Assembly: GCA_026004595.1 (NCBI GenBank) | Contig: BPJL01000005.1 | Coordinates: 11,263-75,262 of the forward strand | Origin: Patescibacteria group bacterium | GTDB taxonomy: Bacteria > Patescibacteriota > WWE3 > UBA101185 > UBA10185 | DNA: 64,000 nucleotides | Reading direction: 5' to 3' | Shown: piece by piece, positions 61,517 through 64,000 of the stretch | How positions within the stretch are numbered: the stretch's first letter is position 1 | Layout of the letters: the number at the start of each line of letters is the position of its first letter | The notes under the pieces: generated by a model | The model's input: the letters and a program-made list of their open reading frames with translations, nothing else | The model's database searches: none | Told to the model about the DNA's origin: nothing | Program-made: the position numbers and the translations under genes

Positions 61517-63567
61517 AAAGTTTTTTTCTAAAATCATACACATAGGCCAACAGAAACCACAAAACAATAGCAGACATGAATATTCCTTGGTACAAATGAA
61601 TCGGCACGAATTTGAGTACAATCTCTGAACCGTATTTATGTACCTCAAAGTTTATGAACCCAAGGGTGTCTGTATCTATAAGGCCTTCCTTTAATTTACC
61701 ATCCACATACAACAACCAACCGGGGTAATAATTTATCTTTGTCTTTACCTTAATCGACTCGGATGCTTCTTTGACAATATGTACGTAGCCTTCTCTCATC
61801 TCTACGGGTACCTGACCATTTATTTCTACCATCTTACCGGGCAAGTCTACAAATACCCCATCTTCATCTACAAAACCACTTATTCCTAGATCTATCATTC
61901 TAGAATACGCCCTAATACGGCTACAACTATTAACAAACTCAGCACCCCTAGGACTCTTTAATCCTAGATACTCAATCTTTTTAATAGTATTAATTGGAAC
62001 GAGCTCTGAATATCCTATAATGCTCCAGAAGCTAGCTGTGAGAGAATTACTTGCATTTATTTCTGTTGTGAGATCCAAGACCCTGCCATTTATTTCTCCT
62101 TTTCTTAGATCATTAAAACCTAAGGTTTCTTTCAAAACAAAGAGACGGTCATTTGATATAATACCGAAAAATATAATGTCTGCCAGAATCAAAACTACAA
62201 GCAAGTAAATCTTTATCTTTGATTTAATCCCATTAAAAAGTAGAAGAAAAATAGAAGCAAGCGCAATCACACACCAGAAAATATTATATATACCAATATT
62301 CAGTAGTCTTTTTACTATAATTTTACATATCTCCAAAAATTCTTGTCTGGAACCAAAATAGTGCAATGTGCTAAATACAGCGAAAAATAGCAATGGATAT
62401 ACTAAGACTTTTAAAACAGCTTTTGCATCAATTTTCTTAGGATCTGCCAAGTAGCTTCCTACACCCAAGCTTATAGGAAGCAACAAAAGAAATGCCGCCC
62501 TCACCCAATATCTAAAAAAAGAAAAGGGTATAAGAGAGAAATTCCTTACAAACGCTGTTCTCCCCCAAACCATAAGAAAAACCGCTAATACAATAAGGGC
62601 AATGTGTGCCTTTCGTTTTCTTTCTTCAGCCAAGGGAAGAAATCCAATCAAATAGACTGCTAAAAACTGACACACCAATATAAACATACACCTCGTGCAT
62701 AAGGTAATCTTCGTTTATTGAAGTTCCCGAATAATCTCTATAGTCACCAAAAATGTATGGATAAATAGTTGAAAAAAGAGTTGGAGCTAAAACTGCCCCA
62801 GTCTGATACACCTCCTTGCCAAAACGTGAGCTGCTATTATATAAACCAACTTGAGACCAAAACCCGGGAGCAATAAGCACAGTAATGGCGCATAATATAA
62901 AAAACAACTTATAGAAAACATTTTGGCCATTTTTAAATAAATCTTCGGAAAGAAGATACCACACAAGAACAACGACCGTCATCAGTAAAACCTGGAAACT
63001 GCCAAAATAGAATAGGGTAGAGAAGAGAAATATAAACAAAATTGAGTATGTTACTTTTTTAGGTGAACCCTGGATATACTTTTTCAGCAGCAGAACCAAC
63101 AACGGTAGAGAATAGATAGCCAGTACCATGTTAAAATGCTGTTGGTGATACAAAACAAAAAAATTAAAAAAATAAATAGTATTTGCAGCTATATAAGGAA
63201 TCACAACCTGTTTATCCTTTCTTAAAAGAAGATATAAACCTAAAGATCCCGAGATATAAAATAAAAAATGCAGTATTTTATACGAATTTACTGGTCCGAA
63301 AAAATAAATGGATAATAAATTGATTGGATTTAGAATACCTCTTTCCATATCCGCGTAAATAGGAAATCCCATGAGCATTCTTTCCGTCCAAAAAGGTACG
63401 CGGCCTGATTTTATCTGTTCATATATATACTCTCTTGTTTGATAATGAAGCCTAACCGAGTCTTTACCAGAATATAACACGTAGCGGGGTGAGAGGTTTC
63501 GGTAGAAAAATATCAAGTGAAGTACAGTCGCAACAGATAAAACCAAGAAAATTTCTTTTCTACCCAT
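61506..63567 (-). CDS. YfhO-like GT-C membrane protein, frameshift ~62664
   Basis: D...LHY, PFWT...MGFP..AD, EVYVYIG, YYPGW. Confidence 0.75.
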
Positions 63568-63594
63568 ATGTTAATCATAGTACAATAAAGTCGT

Positions 63595-64000
63595 ATGAAT
63601 CGTAAAAAATTTACGCCAAGTATTCATCTTCAAAAAGACATACTTATTCAATCGGTACTTTTGGGTATATATATCGCCATTTTATTAACAGGTATGTATT
63701 CGCACGAAATGTGGAGAGATGAACTTCAGGCTTGGAGTATTGCAAGAGACAGCAACAATCTTAAAGACTTATACAACAACCTAAGGTATGAAGGCACCCC
63801 CGGCCTTTGGCACTTGACTCTTTTTATTCTGAGCAGGTTCACACGCAATCCAATTGTTATGCAAATAGCTCACGCTTTTATTGCAACGTTGTCTGTTGCT
63901 CTTATACTGTACAAAACTAAACTGCCCTTAGGCTTAAAATTTCTTTATTCGCTCGGGTACTTTTCTGTGTATGAGTATGGCGTGATATCAAGGAACTATG
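63595..64000 (+). CDS. Partial GT-C-like membrane protein (runs off the window)
   Basis: HEMWRDELQAWSIARDS...YEGTPGLW...YEYGVISRNY. Confidence 0.7.
   Translation, partial: MNRKKFTPSIHLQKDILIQSVLLGIYIAILLTGMYSHEMWRDELQAWSIARDSNNLKDLYNNLRYEGTPGLWHLTLFILSRFTRNPIVMQIAHAFIATLSVALILYKTKLPLGLKFLYSLGYFSVYEYGVISRNY

Noticed and set aside
1398-62972. Many antisense ORFs in the track (e.g. 1398..1763, 16589..17083, 31779..32252, 32512..33021)
   Set aside because: They are shadow frames of well-supported genes on the opposite strand and have no motifs of their own.
36-63567. Programmed frameshifting or phase variation at homopolymers
   Set aside because: The indels hit unrelated genes, all four bases and runs as short as 2-4 nt, with no shared slippery motif. 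Sequencing error is the simpler explanation.
1-64000. CRISPR array, IS element, reverse transcriptase/DGR, rRNA
   Set aside because: No regularly spaced repeats, transposase, RT motifs or rRNA-like sequence were recognised by eye. Short dispersed repeats could have been missed.

Overview
A 64 kb gene-dense, AT-rich bacterial segment using the standard genetic code (TGA is a stop). Gene content suggests a Patescibacteria/CPR genome, perhaps WWE3- or Microgenomates-like; this is an inference. From left to right it holds: a MacAB-like ABC exporter; eight + strand tRNAs (Arg-UCG, Lys-CUU, Leu-CAG, Leu-GAG, Gly-GCC, Phe-GAA, Val-UAC, Gln-UUG) interleaved with single genes; a CsoR-CopA copper operon; an island-like stretch after tRNA-Gln (HNH-like, YibE/F, ArsR-thioredoxin-ArsP, Mur-like, GGDEF); a fermentation cluster; an ECF sigma locus; glycoside hydrolases; an Elp3 gene head-to-head with a Trm9-like methyltransferase; and GT-C glycosyltransferases. 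The fermentation cluster is an ADP-forming acetate-CoA ligase fused to an FNR-type flavoprotein, a 2-oxoacid:ferredoxin oxidoreductase, a ferredoxin, and a minimal group-3-like [NiFe] hydrogenase with only HypC, a protease-like gene and DUF6390. More than 20 genes are broken by 1-nt indels, mostly in homopolymers. I read these as assembly errors and re-joined the genes by hand. The best novelty candidates are the minimal hydrogenase/ACD-FNR module and the Elp3 + Trm9-like pair, which may be a bacterial route to mcm5U34. All family calls come from motif recognition, not database searches.
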